Positions 11,811-24,750 of a DNA stretch of 64,000 nt are shown piece by piece. The stretch is from NCBI RefSeq assembly GCF_001194135.2, contig NC_068995.1:40807256-40871255 (forward strand). Direction: 5' to 3'. The stretch is from Octopus bimaculoides (Eukaryota). The translations under genes were made by a program, and so were the position numbers. Position 1 is the stretch's first letter. Each line of letters opens with the position of its first letter. The notes beneath the pieces are model-generated. The model was not told where the DNA came from and did not search any database. It worked only from the letters and a program-made list of their open reading frames with translations.

Positions 11811-12796
11811 TGTATATGGGCAAGCGTTTATACATGCGCACATATTTCTGTGCCACGTTGAATCTCTCTGAGAACTACGTTAAGGTTACGTGTGTTTGGA
11901 GTGTTCAGCCACATACACGTTAATTTCACGACCAGTTCATATACTTCATATATATATATNNNNNNNNNNNNNNNNNNNNNNNNNNNNNNNNNNNNNNNNN
12001 NNNNNNNNNNNNNNNNNNNNNNNNNNNNNNNNNNNNNNNNNNNNNNNNNNNNNNNNNNNNNNNNNNNNNNNNNNNNNNNNNNNNNNNNNNNNNNNNNNNN
12101 NNNNNNNNNNNNNNNNNNNNNNNNNNNNNNNNNNNNNNNNNNNNNNNNNNNNNNNNNNNNNNNNNNNNNNNNNNNNNNNNNNNNNNNNNNNNNNNNNNNN
12201 NNNNNNNNNNNNNNNNNNNNNNNNNNNNNNNNNNNNNNNNNNNNNNNNNNNNNNNNNNNNNNNNNNNNNNNNNNNNNNNNNNNNNNNNNNNNNNNNNNNN
12301 NNNNNNNNNNNNNNNNNNNNNNNNNNNNNNNNNNNNNNNNNNNNNNNNNNNNNNNNNNNNNNNNNNNNNNNNNNNNNNNNNNNNNNNNNNNNNNNNNNNN
12401 NNNNNNNNNNNNNNNNNNNNNNNNNNNNNNNNNNNNNNNNNNNNNNNNNNNNNNNNNNNNNNNNNNNNNNNNNNNNNNNNNNNNNNNNNNNNNNNNNNNN
12501 NNNNNNNNNNNNNNNNNNNNNNNNNNNNNNNNNNNNNNNNNNNNNNNNNNNNNNNNNNNNNNNNNNNNNNNNNNNNNNNNNNNNNNNNNNNNNNNNNNNN
12601 NNNNNNNNNNNNNNNNNNNNNNNNNNNNNNNNNNNNNNNNNNNNNNNNNNNNNNNNNNNNNNNNNNNNNNNNNNNNNNNNNNNNNNNNNNNNNNNNNNNN
12701 NNNNNNNNNNNNNNNNNNNNNNNNNNNNNNNNNNNNNNNNNNNNNNNNNNNNNNNNNNNNNNNNNNNNNNNNNNNNNNNNNNNNNNNNNNNNNATA

Positions 12797-13083
12797 ATCA
12801 GGTCATCCTATAAGTTCTTTCTGATTTTACCTTTTAAAAAATTGAAAGAAATTTAATAGTATTTTAGAATGTCTAATGGAATTTAAAATTATTTTTATGC
12901 ATTTGTGTACATTTAAACTAATTAAATATTATTTTACAGAATAATAGAATAAAAATTTCTTTGATTAAAACCCTTTCTAACATGGAAGTATCCAAAGAGC
13001 ATTTGAAGCACATAATGCTTTACGAGTACAAAAATGGAAACTCCGTAGCCGAAGCGACTCGAAACATACATTATGTATGGTAA
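12797..13083 (+). mobile_element. mariner transposon 5' fragment (TIR plus transposase N-terminus)
   Basis: TIR-like TCAGGTCATCCTATAAGTTC. An ATG at 12982 gives MEVSKEHLKHIMLYEYKNGNSVAEATRNIHYVW* (cf. Hsmar1-type IRAIFLFEFKMGRKAAETTRNI). Truncated where a family B relic begins. Confidence 0.75.
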
Positions 13084-13084
13084 T

Positions 13085-13265
13085 GAATCTTCGTCGTTCG
13101 ACGATGAGGATTCAGTTGTTTGATCCCAGCTGAACTACCTGCTCCCAGATCAATGAGTAAGCGGCTGAGTATTCCACAGACGTATGTCTCCTTAACATAA
13201 TTCTCAATCAAAATCAGTATGACACAATGTGGTATGACAAGCCTTTACCTCTTCCATTACAATAC
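13085..13265 (-). mobile_element. SINE family B 3' relic
   Basis: GCGGCTGAGTATTCCACAGACGTATGTCTCCTTAACATAATTCTC matches the reverse of the family B body. Confidence 0.6.
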
Positions 13266-13769
13266 AAAAATTCTGTCTACACTGAATTCCCCGCCCCTCT
13301 TGGTTGTTCACTATTAAATAATTTATAAATATACTATGTGATCCGTTACGGAATTTTCATTTCACAAATCTACAGATTTAAGTGTTTTGTACTCGATATT
13401 GTGTAAGATAGCTCAAGAGCCTGGTTGAGTTACCATTCGTAGTTTTGAAACAAAAATGTCTCACAAGCGATTCTTTGCTTGTCACACTAGAATATTCTCT
13501 CTAAGAGTTTTCTGTAGAGATTATATCCCTCCAGATTATTTTGAGAATATGGCAGCATATAATAGTCTCATCTACAATTAATTAATTTATACTGTATCAC
13601 GGTATCACAGGATTTAATTATAATTTTATTTTTGCGATTTCAATAAGATGAAAGGTAAAGCTGGTTTCCGGTAGGATTCGAACTCTCGGTTTGACTGAAC
13701 AAAACTGAAAACTGCAAAGTGTTTTGCTTATAACTCAACTATTTCTGTTATTCCCAGTTCATTAGCCTG

Positions 13770-13950
13770 TTAAATTTTGGTACAAGGCCAGAAATTTTGG
13801 GGGAGGGGTGAAGTCGATTACATCTACTCCAGTACAACTGGTGATTATTTTGTCGATCCCGAAGAGATGAAAGACAAAGTCGACCTCGGGGAAATTTGAA
13901 CTCAGAACAGACGAAATGCCGCTAAACATTTTGCCCGGCGTGCTAATGAT
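13770..13950 (-). mobile_element. SINE family C
   Basis: GGTACAAGGCCAGAAATTTTGGGG..AAAGTCGACCTCGG..TTTGAACTCAGAAC..CCGGCGTGCTAA. Confidence 0.85.
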
Positions 13951-14185
13951 TCTTATTTCTTTATTGCCCACAAGGGGCTAAACACAGAGGGGACAAACAA
14001 GGACAGACAATGGGATTAAATCGATTATATCGACTCCAGTTCGTAACTGGTACTTATTTAATCGACCCCGAAAGGATGAAAGGTAAAGTCGACCTCAGCG
14101 GAATTTGAACTCAGAACGTAGCGGCAGACGAAATACCACTAAGAATTTCGCCCGACGTGCTAACGTTTCTCCCACCTCGTCGCCT
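13951..14185 (-). mobile_element. SINE family C variant with a different 3' tail
   Basis: The head and central domain are family C. On the element strand the tail is TGTCCTTGTTTGTCCCCTCTGTGTTTAGCCCCTTGTGGGCAATAAAGAAATAAG. Confidence 0.8.
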
Positions 14186-15090
14186 AGCTTGTCCTAATAT
14201 CAATTTCTAAAATTAGCACAAGATTACAATATTAATGTTGGAAGTGTGGTGGATGTAGTCAATTGAACAGGAGTTGATGAAACATTATTTTATCAATCTA
14301 GGGAGAATGACAGGCTAAACTCAAGATTTGAACTCATAAAACAATGATCCAGCTAGATCATATTCAGTACCAGTTATGGTGCAGTCAAAGTGTTTCACTA
14401 TCAATAAATATCCCAAATAAATCCTCTTCTGCTCATTGTCTGACAATTAGTTAAATAGAATTCCAAATTATTTTTAGAACAATGCAACAAACATAAGCTT
14501 ATCTCGATTTAATTGCGTCTGTGTCCTGTTGTGTACAATAGAATTATATAACATTATTTTAGAGCAATATGTATATTGTTATCTAAATTAATAAATGTTT
14601 ATGCTATATGGTCTATTATAGTATCTTCCTCGAACATTGCCTGCCACAATTTGCTCTATCAGGTCATTCATGGTATATATCGATTAAAATATATATATAT
14701 ATACAGCCTGACTTAGCCACCGTCCATGTTGTGACAGACAAGGTCGAAATTGTAATTCTGACCAGCATAATCTCTCCAGAAGTTTTAACTCCAAAATTAT
14801 TTTAGAGCATGAAAAGAAGTATATTCTTACATTAGAATCTGGGGGATCAATCAAAATATATTGGCTGACATCACCCATTCCCTTCGTTTCACTTCTCTAG
14901 CGACGGCGGGGATAGTGGGGCAGTGGTGTTGGCGACAGCGGCAGCGCCGTCGGTGGCGACATTTCATATTGATTAGTTTTCTAAAACCCATAAAAGTGAT
15001 TGCCGTCTTTCGAAGATGGAAATCGACGGAGCTACACTTCATACAAATTCTCTTCCTTATTTGATACTCAGGATGTACAGATTTCATTGA

Positions 15091-15140
<50 letters not shown>

Positions 15141-15196
15141 CGTGTGTGTGAGTGTGTGTATATATACAGTATATATATACACACAANNNNNNNNNN

Positions 15197-15247
<51 letters not shown>

Positions 15248-15462
15248 TAACACATACATATATATGTATATATAAATATGTGTGTACGTGTGTGTGTGTA
15301 TGTATATATGTATGTATGTATTAGTTGTCGGTTATCAGTCGTTCGGCTGCATATCTTTTCTGTTTCATCCACAGGATGTTACTGTTTAATTGAAAGAAAG
15401 ATAAATGTATAACATAATATAAACAATGATAGACGAATATATGATAATATAAATATGTACGC

Positions 15463-15493
<31 letters not shown>

Positions 15494-15904
15494 TTATGTA
15501 TGTATGTATTATGTATGTATGCATATGTATGCATATGTATGTATGTGTGTATGTATATTTTGTGTCTTCGTTTGGTCTTCGTTTTCCATTACTGTGCGGA
15601 AGTGTCTAAAATACAACATCCTGTATGGTCGCTGTTCAGTCGAAAGCAAGGGTAAGATTTAGCAAACCTAGCCTGTATTAAGCAGCAATAATAGAGAGTG
15701 GAACGCGTCCTTAAATTCCCATCTTGGTCTTGTGTTTATGCCATGAGAAGTTTTGTGTTCACATGAGAAGCCTATTTTATGTATCATCAAGATTTTGAAG
15801 TTCCTTTTCTAAGGAGCTGAAATGGCTCCTTAGAGAATGAAGGTCTCTACACATGTCCCGGAGAAAGCCAGCCTTGTTGACTTTGGATTATCTATATAAG
15901 CTTA

Positions 15905-16120
15905 GGTCGGTGAGCGGAGGGAATCATTAGCACGCCGAGCAAGATGTTTAGCTACATTTCGTCCGTTTTCAAGTTCTGAGTTCAAATTCTGCCGAGGTCG
16001 ACTTTGCATTTCATCCTTTCGGGGTCGATACAAATAATTGTCAGTTGAGCGTTGGGGTCGATCTAATCGACTTAGCCCCTTTCTTTAAAATTGCTGGCCT
16101 TGTACCAAAACCTGAAACCA
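15905..16120 (+). mobile_element. SINE family C
   Basis: Contains GAGTTCAAATTCTGCCGAGGTCGACTTTGCATTTCATCCTTTCGGGGTCGATA. Confidence 0.85.
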
Positions 16121-16204
16121 ATACCTATATAAGGTTTACCGGAAAAAAAAATAAACACTTCACAAAGACATTATAAAAACTAAAGAATTGTCATTGTTGG
16201 TGAA

Positions 16205-16640
16205 ATTCTAGGGGGCTAGGCTGAACCGCGCGCGCTAGAGCCTAGCAGCGGGTAAGACTACGCGCCCTCCATTGGTCAGTTAAGGTCTAGACAATGTCAC
16301 GTGACAACTTGCTGGGGCTGCCTGCTGGAGCTTAGCAGCAGGTATTTAAAGGGAAATTTGACAAGACAGTCAGTCGGCTGCTGACACTCGTTGANNNNNN
16401 NNNNTTAAAGGGAAATTTGACAAGACAGTCAGTCGGCTGCTGACACTCGTTGACGCTGCATCGAAGAGGCCAGGGAACAGAAGAAAGAAGACATGCACTC
16501 AACAATAGAGCTGAAGACACCTCCGGTAGAGGAGTAGGCGCCGAAACCGGACGTGGTTCCTTCTGATGATGCCTTGAGCTAACTGGATCCTATAAAGGAG
16601 CTGTTGTGGTAGCAGACCACGAAACATGGTTGAAATTCCT
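16205..16640 (+). mobile_element. GC-rich LTR/pseudo-LTR-like repeat (Penelope-like?)
   Basis: GC-rich island with CCATTGG, TCACGTGA and TATA-like GTATTTAAAG, plus two CTGANGA...GAAAC motif pairs (16511-16547, 16563-16625). The duplication across the 10-N gap is an assembly overlap. Confidence 0.4.
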
Positions 16641-17114
16641 ATTCCTGTGTCGAGTTTGAAATATACGAGGCGAAACGTTCAGTGATGTCCTCCACAACGG
16701 ATTGTATAAAATACAAAACGAAAATAATAAAAGCCTCGAAACATTTTGCATTGTTGATCGTCATTTTCTACGATTCGAGTCACGTGATGAAAGATTGATT
16801 TTTTTCTGATGCTGGAGTGTTTGGAACAAAATAAAATTAGAAATTGTGAAAATAAGAAGCCAGAAGAGATGACGATGCTTATCTAGGCGAGATTAGGACA
16901 GATAATCTTCTATTATTTTATCGAATAAATAGACGAATAAGAAAGACAGCCAAAAAAGATGACATTAACGAGAGGAGAAAGAGGAGAACAGAGAGAAAGA
17001 GACAGAAAGAGAGTAGATATAAAGGTGAATATATAAAACGTCAAGTTATAGATGTATTGTGTATATATATATATATACATACATGTATATGTATACGTAT
17101 ATAATATATATATG

Positions 17115-17199
<85 letters not shown>

Positions 17200-17254
17200 A
17201 TGTATGTATGTATAGAGTTCTATATTTAAGAGATGAGGAATTATGTACATTACT

Positions 17255-17400
17255 TACATGAGAACCCAGGTTCGAAATTTCCCCAAGACATCTGCTGAAG
17301 GCTGGAGTGTATATCAGCCGAGACGTTGTGTTAACAACAAACAAGACGAGGACAAATGTTCGTCAAATGTAAATGATGTAAATAATATATATATGTATAT
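17255..17400 (+). mobile_element. Penelope-like pseudo-LTR fragment carrying a hammerhead motif
   Basis: Hammerhead fold at 17287-17332 followed by an A-rich tail and (TA)n, the usual layout of Penelope-like pLTR ends. Confidence 0.55.
17287..17332 (+). ncRNA. Minimal type-I hammerhead ribozyme (decayed)
   Basis: Stem I GACAT/GTGTT, core CTGCTGA plus an extra A, stem II GGCTG/CAGCC with a 10-nt loop, then GAGAC-GTT. Two core deviations (A6>C, A14>G). Confidence 0.6.
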
Positions 17401-18139
17401 NNNNNNNNNNNNNNNNNNNNNNNNNNNNNNNNNNNNNNNNNNNNNNNNNNNNNNNNNNNNNNNNNNNNNNNNNNNNNNNNNNNNNNNNNNNNNNNNNNNN
17501 NNNNNNNNNNNNNNNNNNNNNNNNNNNNNNNNNNNNNNNNNNNNNNNNNNNNNNNNNNNNNNNNNNNNNNNNNNNNNNNNNNNNNNNNNNNNNNNNNNNN
17601 NNNNNNNNNNNNNNNNNNNNNNNNNNNNNNNNNNNNNNNNNNNNNNNNNNNNNNNNNNNNNNNNNNNNNNNNNNNNNNNNNNNNNNNNNNNNNNNNNNNN
17701 NNNNNNNNNNNNNNNNNNNNNNNNNNNNNNNNNNNNNNNNNNNNNNNNNNNNNNNNNNNNNNNNNNNNNNNNNNNNNNNNNNNNNNNNNNNNNNNNNNNN
17801 NNNNNNNNNNNNNNNNNNNNNNNNNNNNNNNNNNNNNNNNNNNNNNNNNNNNNNNNNNNNNNNNNNNNNNNNNNNNNNNNNNNNNNNNNNNNNNNNNNNN
17901 NNNNNNNNNNNNNNNNNNNNNNNNNNNNNNNNNNNNNNNNNNNNNNNNNNNNNNNNNNNNNNNNNNNNNNNNNNNNNNNNNNNNNNNNNNNNNNNNNNNN
18001 NNNNNNNNNNNNNNNNNNNNNNNNNNTTAAAACCACCAAACAGTTCAGATGTGAGCAAAGGCAATCCAATCGTGACTTCTCATCAAACATTCAGACATTT
18101 CGGGAACTATATTATCCAGCCTGATGCTTCGTCGTCTTT

Positions 18140-18300
18140 TAAGCTTATACGATTTGGCAGCTATTTCTAGCTGGTCGAATGGCCACATAGAGACTCTCTC
18201 CTTTGATCCTGTTATTGATGTTGTTGTTTAGTCCTAAACCAGCCTTGATCGAACAAATTATAGATCAAAGATATTCCAACCGTGACCACCCCATTTTTTC
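18140..18300 (+). repeat. Unclassified interspersed repeat (modules GATTTGGCAGCTATTTCTAG and TTGTTTAGTCC..GATCAAAG..TTCCAACCGTGACCA)
   Basis: Related copies at 18635-18840 (-), ~21715-21860 (-), ~41540-41840, 42890-43190, ~47320-47375, ~53435-53462 and ~55125-55185. Confidence 0.55.
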
Positions 18301-18634
18301 TTTTGTACTCGAAACCTATGGTTACATTCTATCACATTTTTTTTTTTTTTTGTCGACTTTAAGAATAACGGACATTTTTTTTATGACACTAGATGTGATA
18401 ATAGGGAGATTTGACTTCTATTCCTTGCTCAAGAGGCGACTAAATTTTCATGTATTTTTCAGGCAGCGATATAAAAAAAGGAAAAAATCTGTTCTCATTT
18501 TTGACAACGAAACAAACGTTTCTTTCAATTATTTTGGCAAATTTCCGGAATTAAATTGGTTAACGAAGCTGGCACACAGTTATCGTTCACATTTTGTATC
18601 TTTCCAGCCAACAACCTAGGAAGCTCTACATAGT

Positions 18635-18840
18635 CAATATATCATCATGAAATAGCAGCTAAATCTTCCTCAATTCACAAAATGCAGTCTTACTGAAAGT
18701 GTAATGCATCGAATAATAATGTTCTTAATTTTAGATATACAAAACTGAGAAACAACAAAAACGTTGTGGTGGTTATGGGCGGAACGCTTTGGTCATAAGT
18801 CTGCTCAATCAAGTCTGAGCTAAGGTCTAACAACATTAAC
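18635..18840 (-). repeat. Same unclassified repeat, opposite orientation
   Basis: GAAATAGCAGCTAAATCTTCCTCAATTCAC..TTTGGTCATAAGTCTGCTCAATCAAG..CTAACAAC. Confidence 0.55.
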
Positions 18841-19144
18841 AGGAACGACAACAACAGTAACAGCAACATCTGACTGAACAAGCAATGAGGTGTTACAACA
18901 AATGAGAAATTATCAATTATCAATTTAGCAAATTAATTAGTAATGTTTTATTGTATTTGCTTCGAATGTTAGATTAATATGTATAATTCTGGTCTTAATA
19001 AAAGCGACTCTATGTAGTCGCTACAATGCCAAAAATAACTGCCAATTTTCCCCTCAAACATACGGTAAAGAAATGTATCTAGAACAGCATTGGATCATGT
19101 TGTTCTAGATACACTAAGACTAAACAGGAAAAACAGTGATGTAG

Positions 19145-19322
19145 AGGCGCAGGAGTGGCTGTGTGGTAAGTAGCTTGCTTACCAACCACATGGTTCTGGG
19201 TTCAGTCCCACTGCGTGGCACCTTGGGCAAGTGTCTTCTACAAAAGTCTCGGGTCGACCAAAGCCTTGTAAGTGGATTTGGTAGACGGAAACTGAAAGAA
19301 GCCCGTCGTGTGTATATATATA
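19145..19322 (+). mobile_element. SINE family A, 5' half (runs into gap)
   Basis: Near-consensus head AGGCGCAGGAGTGGCTGTGTGGTAAGTAGCTTGCTTACCAACC. Confidence 0.9.
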
Positions 19323-20163
19323 NNNNNNNNNNNNNNNNNNNNNNNNNNNNNNNNNNNNNNNNNNNNNNNNNNNNNNNNNNNNNNNNNNNNNNNNNNNNNN
19401 NNNNNNNNNNNNNNNNNNNNNNNNNNNNNNNNNNNNNNNNNNNNNNNNNNNNNNNNNNNNNNNNNNNNNNNNNNNNNNNNNNNNNNNNNNNNNNNNNNNN
19501 NNNNNNNNNNNNTATATATACATACTTATATAAATAAGGATAAGATCGTTATTTAAAATACCGATCATATCAGGTGGCTAGAATGGGAATAAAAACTTCA
19601 TAGGTCATAATTATTATTAAAATTATAATTAAGGGTATCAAAGAGATACCACCATGTTAGACACAGCATCCAAAACTTGACTCTAAAACCACATTAAATG
19701 TTCTTTCGTGCATGTTGTGTAGAAGAGTACGTGGGTCAGCCAGTGGACTCACTCGGCATTGTAGGTTCCATCATCCAGACAGCCAGGCTGTTGCATGAAG
19801 GCTAGCTTGTTGACGGCGTGGAATATCTTATAGGTCTTTCCCAGGCTTTAAGAGCCTTATGAGACGTCATGGACGATGGGGAGACCAATTATGGGATGTA
19901 TCTTAGGGTGAAATGGGCCTAAGAAGTAGTCGTAGTCATGAGTCGGCCTCCGTCAGGTATACACGTATTCATGCATGTATCAATTCGCTTAAATCCTGAA
20001 AATTCTTCCATAGTAAGCAATCTATCTTTTCTAATCGAGTGTTCAGAATACCCGACGAAATGTCTGATGATTTTGGCTTACGTAATACTCAGATTACGAA
20101 TAAACTCCCATGCCATTGAAACATTTGTCACATGTATTGCACTGTCATTGTCCGTTCCTCTTC

Positions 20164-20211
<48 letters not shown>

Positions 20212-20893
20212 CACACTCAGCGAGAGAGAGAGAGAAATGCATGTGGATTCTAATACAAAGACATGCATCTTTACTCAGAGAAATTTTCTACTGACTTATA
20301 CCGTCATTCTATCATATTGGATAAATAAATATATTACACAAACAACAAAAATATACTGTATGACAGAAATATTTGTATATGTAAACAGACTCAAGTTTAC
20401 ACACACATGTCTATATTCATATCCCTTCGTCTTTATGTATATAATACGTATGGACGAATGCCAGTGTGTATGCATACGTCAATATATTTATTTGATCGAA
20501 TGTATGTACATATGTATGTGAGTACAATAAGCATGTGTATAGGTAGGTAAGTAGGTAGGTAAGTAGGTAGGCATGTATATGTTTGTACGTGAATGCATGT
20601 GTTGTATTCATTTTTGTATGTATGTGTATATATATANNNNNNNNNNNNNNNNNNNNNNNNNNNNNNNNNNNNNNNNNNNNNNNNNNNNNNNNNNNNNNNN
20701 NNNNNNNNNNNNNNNNNNNNNNNNNNNNNNNNNNNNNNNNNNNNNNNNATATTTGTGGTAGTGTATGTGTTTATACATAAATAGTAGTGTTTATGAATGT
20801 ATTCATGTATGTAATATTTATGTGTACAAATATGAAAGTACCTGCGTATGTATGCGCGTGTGGGCATGTGTGTATGCGTATATGCGTATGTTT

Positions 20894-20962
<69 letters not shown>

Positions 20963-21882
20963 TGGTCCTTTCACTAAAAAAGGGAGTCTGTTTTTAGCAA
21001 ATATTGAAGTTTTGTCCACTGTTCTCTGACATAGCAACACCCTCCTAACTTACTTTGACATCCTCGACCTCATCTATACAAAGGAGATTTCAAACCTAAA
21101 CCGCCACCACTACGACCACCATCAACACCATCACCACCACTAACATCATCACCACCACCACCACCACCACAATCACTACCACTACTACCACCAACACCAC
21201 CACTACCACCTCCTCGTCCATCTTGTCTTTCATTCTAAACCAAACGTTCTCCCTAAGTAGGTATTGACAGATGTGGCACCGCGCTATCTCCTTTGCATAC
21301 ACCTAACTACCTACCTACCTATACACATACACAAACACACACCCGTATATATCTATGAAAATAAACATACACACATGTCTAGATAAACACACAAACACAC
21401 GCACACATATAATAAACGTATATGCACGCACGTACCGACATGTATAGATAAACACATGCACACACTTACCTTTAAAACCTCCCTACACACACACAGATAC
21501 ACACATACACACACACAAACACATACGCATAGACGTACACATACACACGCTCGTACACGCGCGCCAGTACAATCACGCGTTTATCTACATTTATTACAAG
21601 CCGAATTGATAGCACTTATGTGGTCGCTAGAAATAAGTCCCAAATCTCTCTCAAAGCGCATACTTAAAAAAGGATACGTTAGATAATGAGGCCTGAGTTC
21701 CTTGTACATAGAAACACAAGATGATTATGACTGGAATGCATTTCATAATAGGTCTGTCCAATCATAATTTGGCTGGACTAAACAAGAACGATACACAACC
21801 TGCGAGAACGCCTTCATTGCGGTTTCTAAAATATCCCGCCAATCATATTCTGCCGTCTCATAAAAGAAGCATTGTATTAGAT

Positions 21883-22396
21883 CAGGGGTTCCAAACTATT
21901 TCTATCTATGGACCCCTTTGATTACTATTTTATTCTTTTGGGCCCCTATAGCCATTCGATGGTTAAAAATTAGTTTTATAGAAGGTTGTTTTTTTCAAAA
22001 TTCCTATTTTGTTTATCACACTGTTATGTCTCAAGCTACTGCTATCTAGTACCTTCGGATGATTTCTACCCAACCGCTACACAACTGCTACTCGACTGCT
22101 ACTCAACCCCTACCACAGCCAGACTACCTCTATTTATATGTCTTGGGAGATCCTACTTCTTCGCCTGGGGGCGTCGACACAGCACACACATTAACTTGTG
22201 TAGGTTGAACTATGTAAAATGTTAGAGAAACCTACCTGTTTCTAGCAATACATACTACTACGTACATCTAAAGCAAAATTTACTAGTGGATCCCTAATTT
22301 ACTTTTGAGTCCACAATTTACTATTTTATTACGTGGACCCCCAAAAGTCTTATATGGTCCCTCAGGGACCATACGGACCCCAGTTGAGAACCACTA
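21883..22396. mobile_element. hAT (Charlie-like) MITE with 8-bp TSD
   Basis: Termini CAGGGGTTCCAAACT and AGTTGAGAACCACTA. Flanks TATTAGAT (21875-21882) and GATTAGAT (22397-22404) match at 7/8. Confidence 0.75.
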
Positions 22397-23129
22397 GATT
22401 AGATGACGAAAGAAAAATGGTGAGATGACCAAGGCTGGAACACCTTAAATCGTAAGTCTTCGTGATCAGATTCGTAGGACTAACTGATAATGTGATCCAT
22501 ATAGGGCCCCATGCACAGATTTCATACATCCTTAGGAAAACTTGAAATTCGCACTCCCGATAGTAATCTGCAGCCTCTTCCTGTATATTTCATCCACCAC
22601 ATCTTAAGGATAGTTCTAAAGAGTCTAAAATAAACGGCTTGGCTACTTTCTTCTGTTAATATATTAAACACCAAAGCACCATGCCATTTCATCTCTCGGA
22701 ATCCCAAAAATTTTCATCATCACTACAGATATAGTTCTAGTTTTTTTTTTTCTTGGAAGACGACATAACATGGGACGGTGGGGAGCGGGGAGAAAGGAAG
22801 AGAAGGGAAAAAGAACATGAGTCGGAGGGTTGGTGTTAGAGCATCGTTGCCATGTTTTGAGAGGGATTCTTTGGTGTTAAGAAAAATTTGAAGGAAATAT
22901 TAGTCATTTTTCATACTTTCTAGGGGTGTGCAAATAGGAAATAGCAGTTACTACCCAAGGACTAAAAACCGTATTCCACAGAAAATTTTTTAATTTATTA
23001 AGCAGATAACAACACATACAAATAAATGAAAAGGTGAGTGAGACTCACAACCAATAGCATAATACGTAAAACAACGCTAAATTCCAAAAATAACACCAAA
23101 AGTTTCAATGACCCAACTGTTTCTATAAG

Positions 23130-23830
23130 AAGTCACAGATTTAATATTCTCAACTGGAAGCTAAATTGAAGTTAACAAAGTTATGCAGAAAAACAAGGAA
23201 AATGAAGACTACGTTTAGAATACACGACTCAATGCCAACATTACAATGATTTCAGGGAACAAAAGCGATATGGGTCTCCTTTAAATAGAAAACTATTATA
23301 AATTATTTGCTAGAACTGTAAAAATACCTCGGAAAGAATAAAGAGAAACCACTAGAAACTATTACAAAACATGAATTGAATAAAGATTATTTCCCCGTTT
23401 TTCAGCAAATATTAAACTATCAGCCATGAAGAGAGTGAAGAAACAATGTCGGAAAATATAAACAAAAACAAAAATTAAAAAACATAACTACAGAATGTCA
23501 TGTTAAGACGTTTAAAAAGAAAGCTACTTCATAACGAATAACCAACAAAACAAAAACCTCAACACTGGTTGAAAAGTTCAATAGTTAAAGCCGAGAGAGA
23601 AGGGAATGGGTTGAGAGTGACAGAAAAACCATCTGAATTCACCTAGGCACCAAAGACATAGAACGAATCAGAGTTCAGATAATAACATGAGAATATGAGG
23701 GTGTTATGAAGAATCAATCAATCAAATAGTTTTTGGTTGCGAAGCCACAGTTCAAACGGAATATTTAAAAAGACATATCTGTGAGAAATGTCAAAGATAG
23801 GTTGTAAATATTGTGACATTATGCAATACT
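23130..23830 (+). mobile_element. R4/Dong LINE ORF 3' region (decayed)
   Basis: Frameshifted blocks RKTRKMKTTFRIH, HWLKSSIVKAEREG and EESINQIVFGCEATVQTEYLKRH (cf. DRKTRK..T..R.HH, WL....LKAETEG, ETI.HI+SGC..LA..EY..RH of the zinc-knuckle region). Confidence 0.65.
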
Positions 23831-24648
23831 CGACTGTTAAAGAAATAGCACAAATCTACAGCACGTCTCACAGAATAACAAAATAACCATATACCAGAGT
23901 ATGTTAATTCATATAGATAGAGAGATTAAAGCAAATTGTCAAGATAGGATGTCAGGAAAAGAATTACCTCCATTTCTTCTTAATCGACGAATCAAATTCA
24001 AGGAAAGATATTTCTGAAAGAAATGGGGAACAAAAACTCTATCCGGATATATACGCCTGGAAAAAAAAGTAAGAATTGAAAACAGAAGCAACCATGTTAA
24101 CAATAGTTGCTTTGGGTATAAAAACAAGGATAATGTTGACATGATACAGGATATAAAGGATCGCCACCACCGTACCAAAATAAATAAGGATTTGCACACA
24201 GAAAACATAACGCAACTTTATTAAGCACTGCATTTGCATTAGGTAGAATATTCCAGACTTTACACTTATACAGTAAACATTCATTGGCTTTTCTATATAT
24301 ATTACGTCGAGCAATGTAGGGAAAAAAGTTAAATACACCTTTACTTTAGTTACACTCCTTTTTAGGGATCATTTTCCTTTTTCTTTAAATCTTTATACTG
24401 CTTCCGACAGTCTTCCATTCCTGTTTATAATCCATCAGCTGCGATGGAATGGTACTACCGGTTTTAGTCGGCGGTAGAGGGCCGTCATCGTCAGCATCTG
24501 GAGTTGAGGGTGGGGTGATCCCTTCCTAGATTTCTGGTGCCTCAACTCGTGATCCTTTGAAAATAGCAATTTCTATGGTATGCTGCCATTGAAGTTACCA
24601 CTGGTATTTTCTTTTCCTTTTTTTTTTCTTCTTCACGAGTTCTCCCAG

Positions 24649-24750
24649 ACAGAAAGCTCTCAAATGGTACTTGCGGCTATCTGTGTAGCAACTGGATTAC
24701 CTGCTATTCACTGCCAACCACAAAACGTTTCTTTTCAAGCCTACAATTGG
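24649..24750 (+). CDS. Candidate internal exon (102 nt, unverified)
   Basis: A ~35-nt pyrimidine tract ends in TCTCCCAG, and the donor is TGG|GTAAGG. Length is divisible by 3 and two frames are open (phase 0 TESSQMVLAAICVATGLPAIHCQPQNVSFQAYNW; phase 1 RKLSNGTCGYLCSNWITCYSLPTTKRFFSSLQL). No homology recognised. Confidence 0.25.

Noticed and set aside
14901-15091. Exon-like segment with branch point, pyrimidine tract and GTGAGT
   Set aside because: All three frames contain stops and the donor is simply the start of a (GT)n tract. It could be a UTR exon, but this is unsupported.
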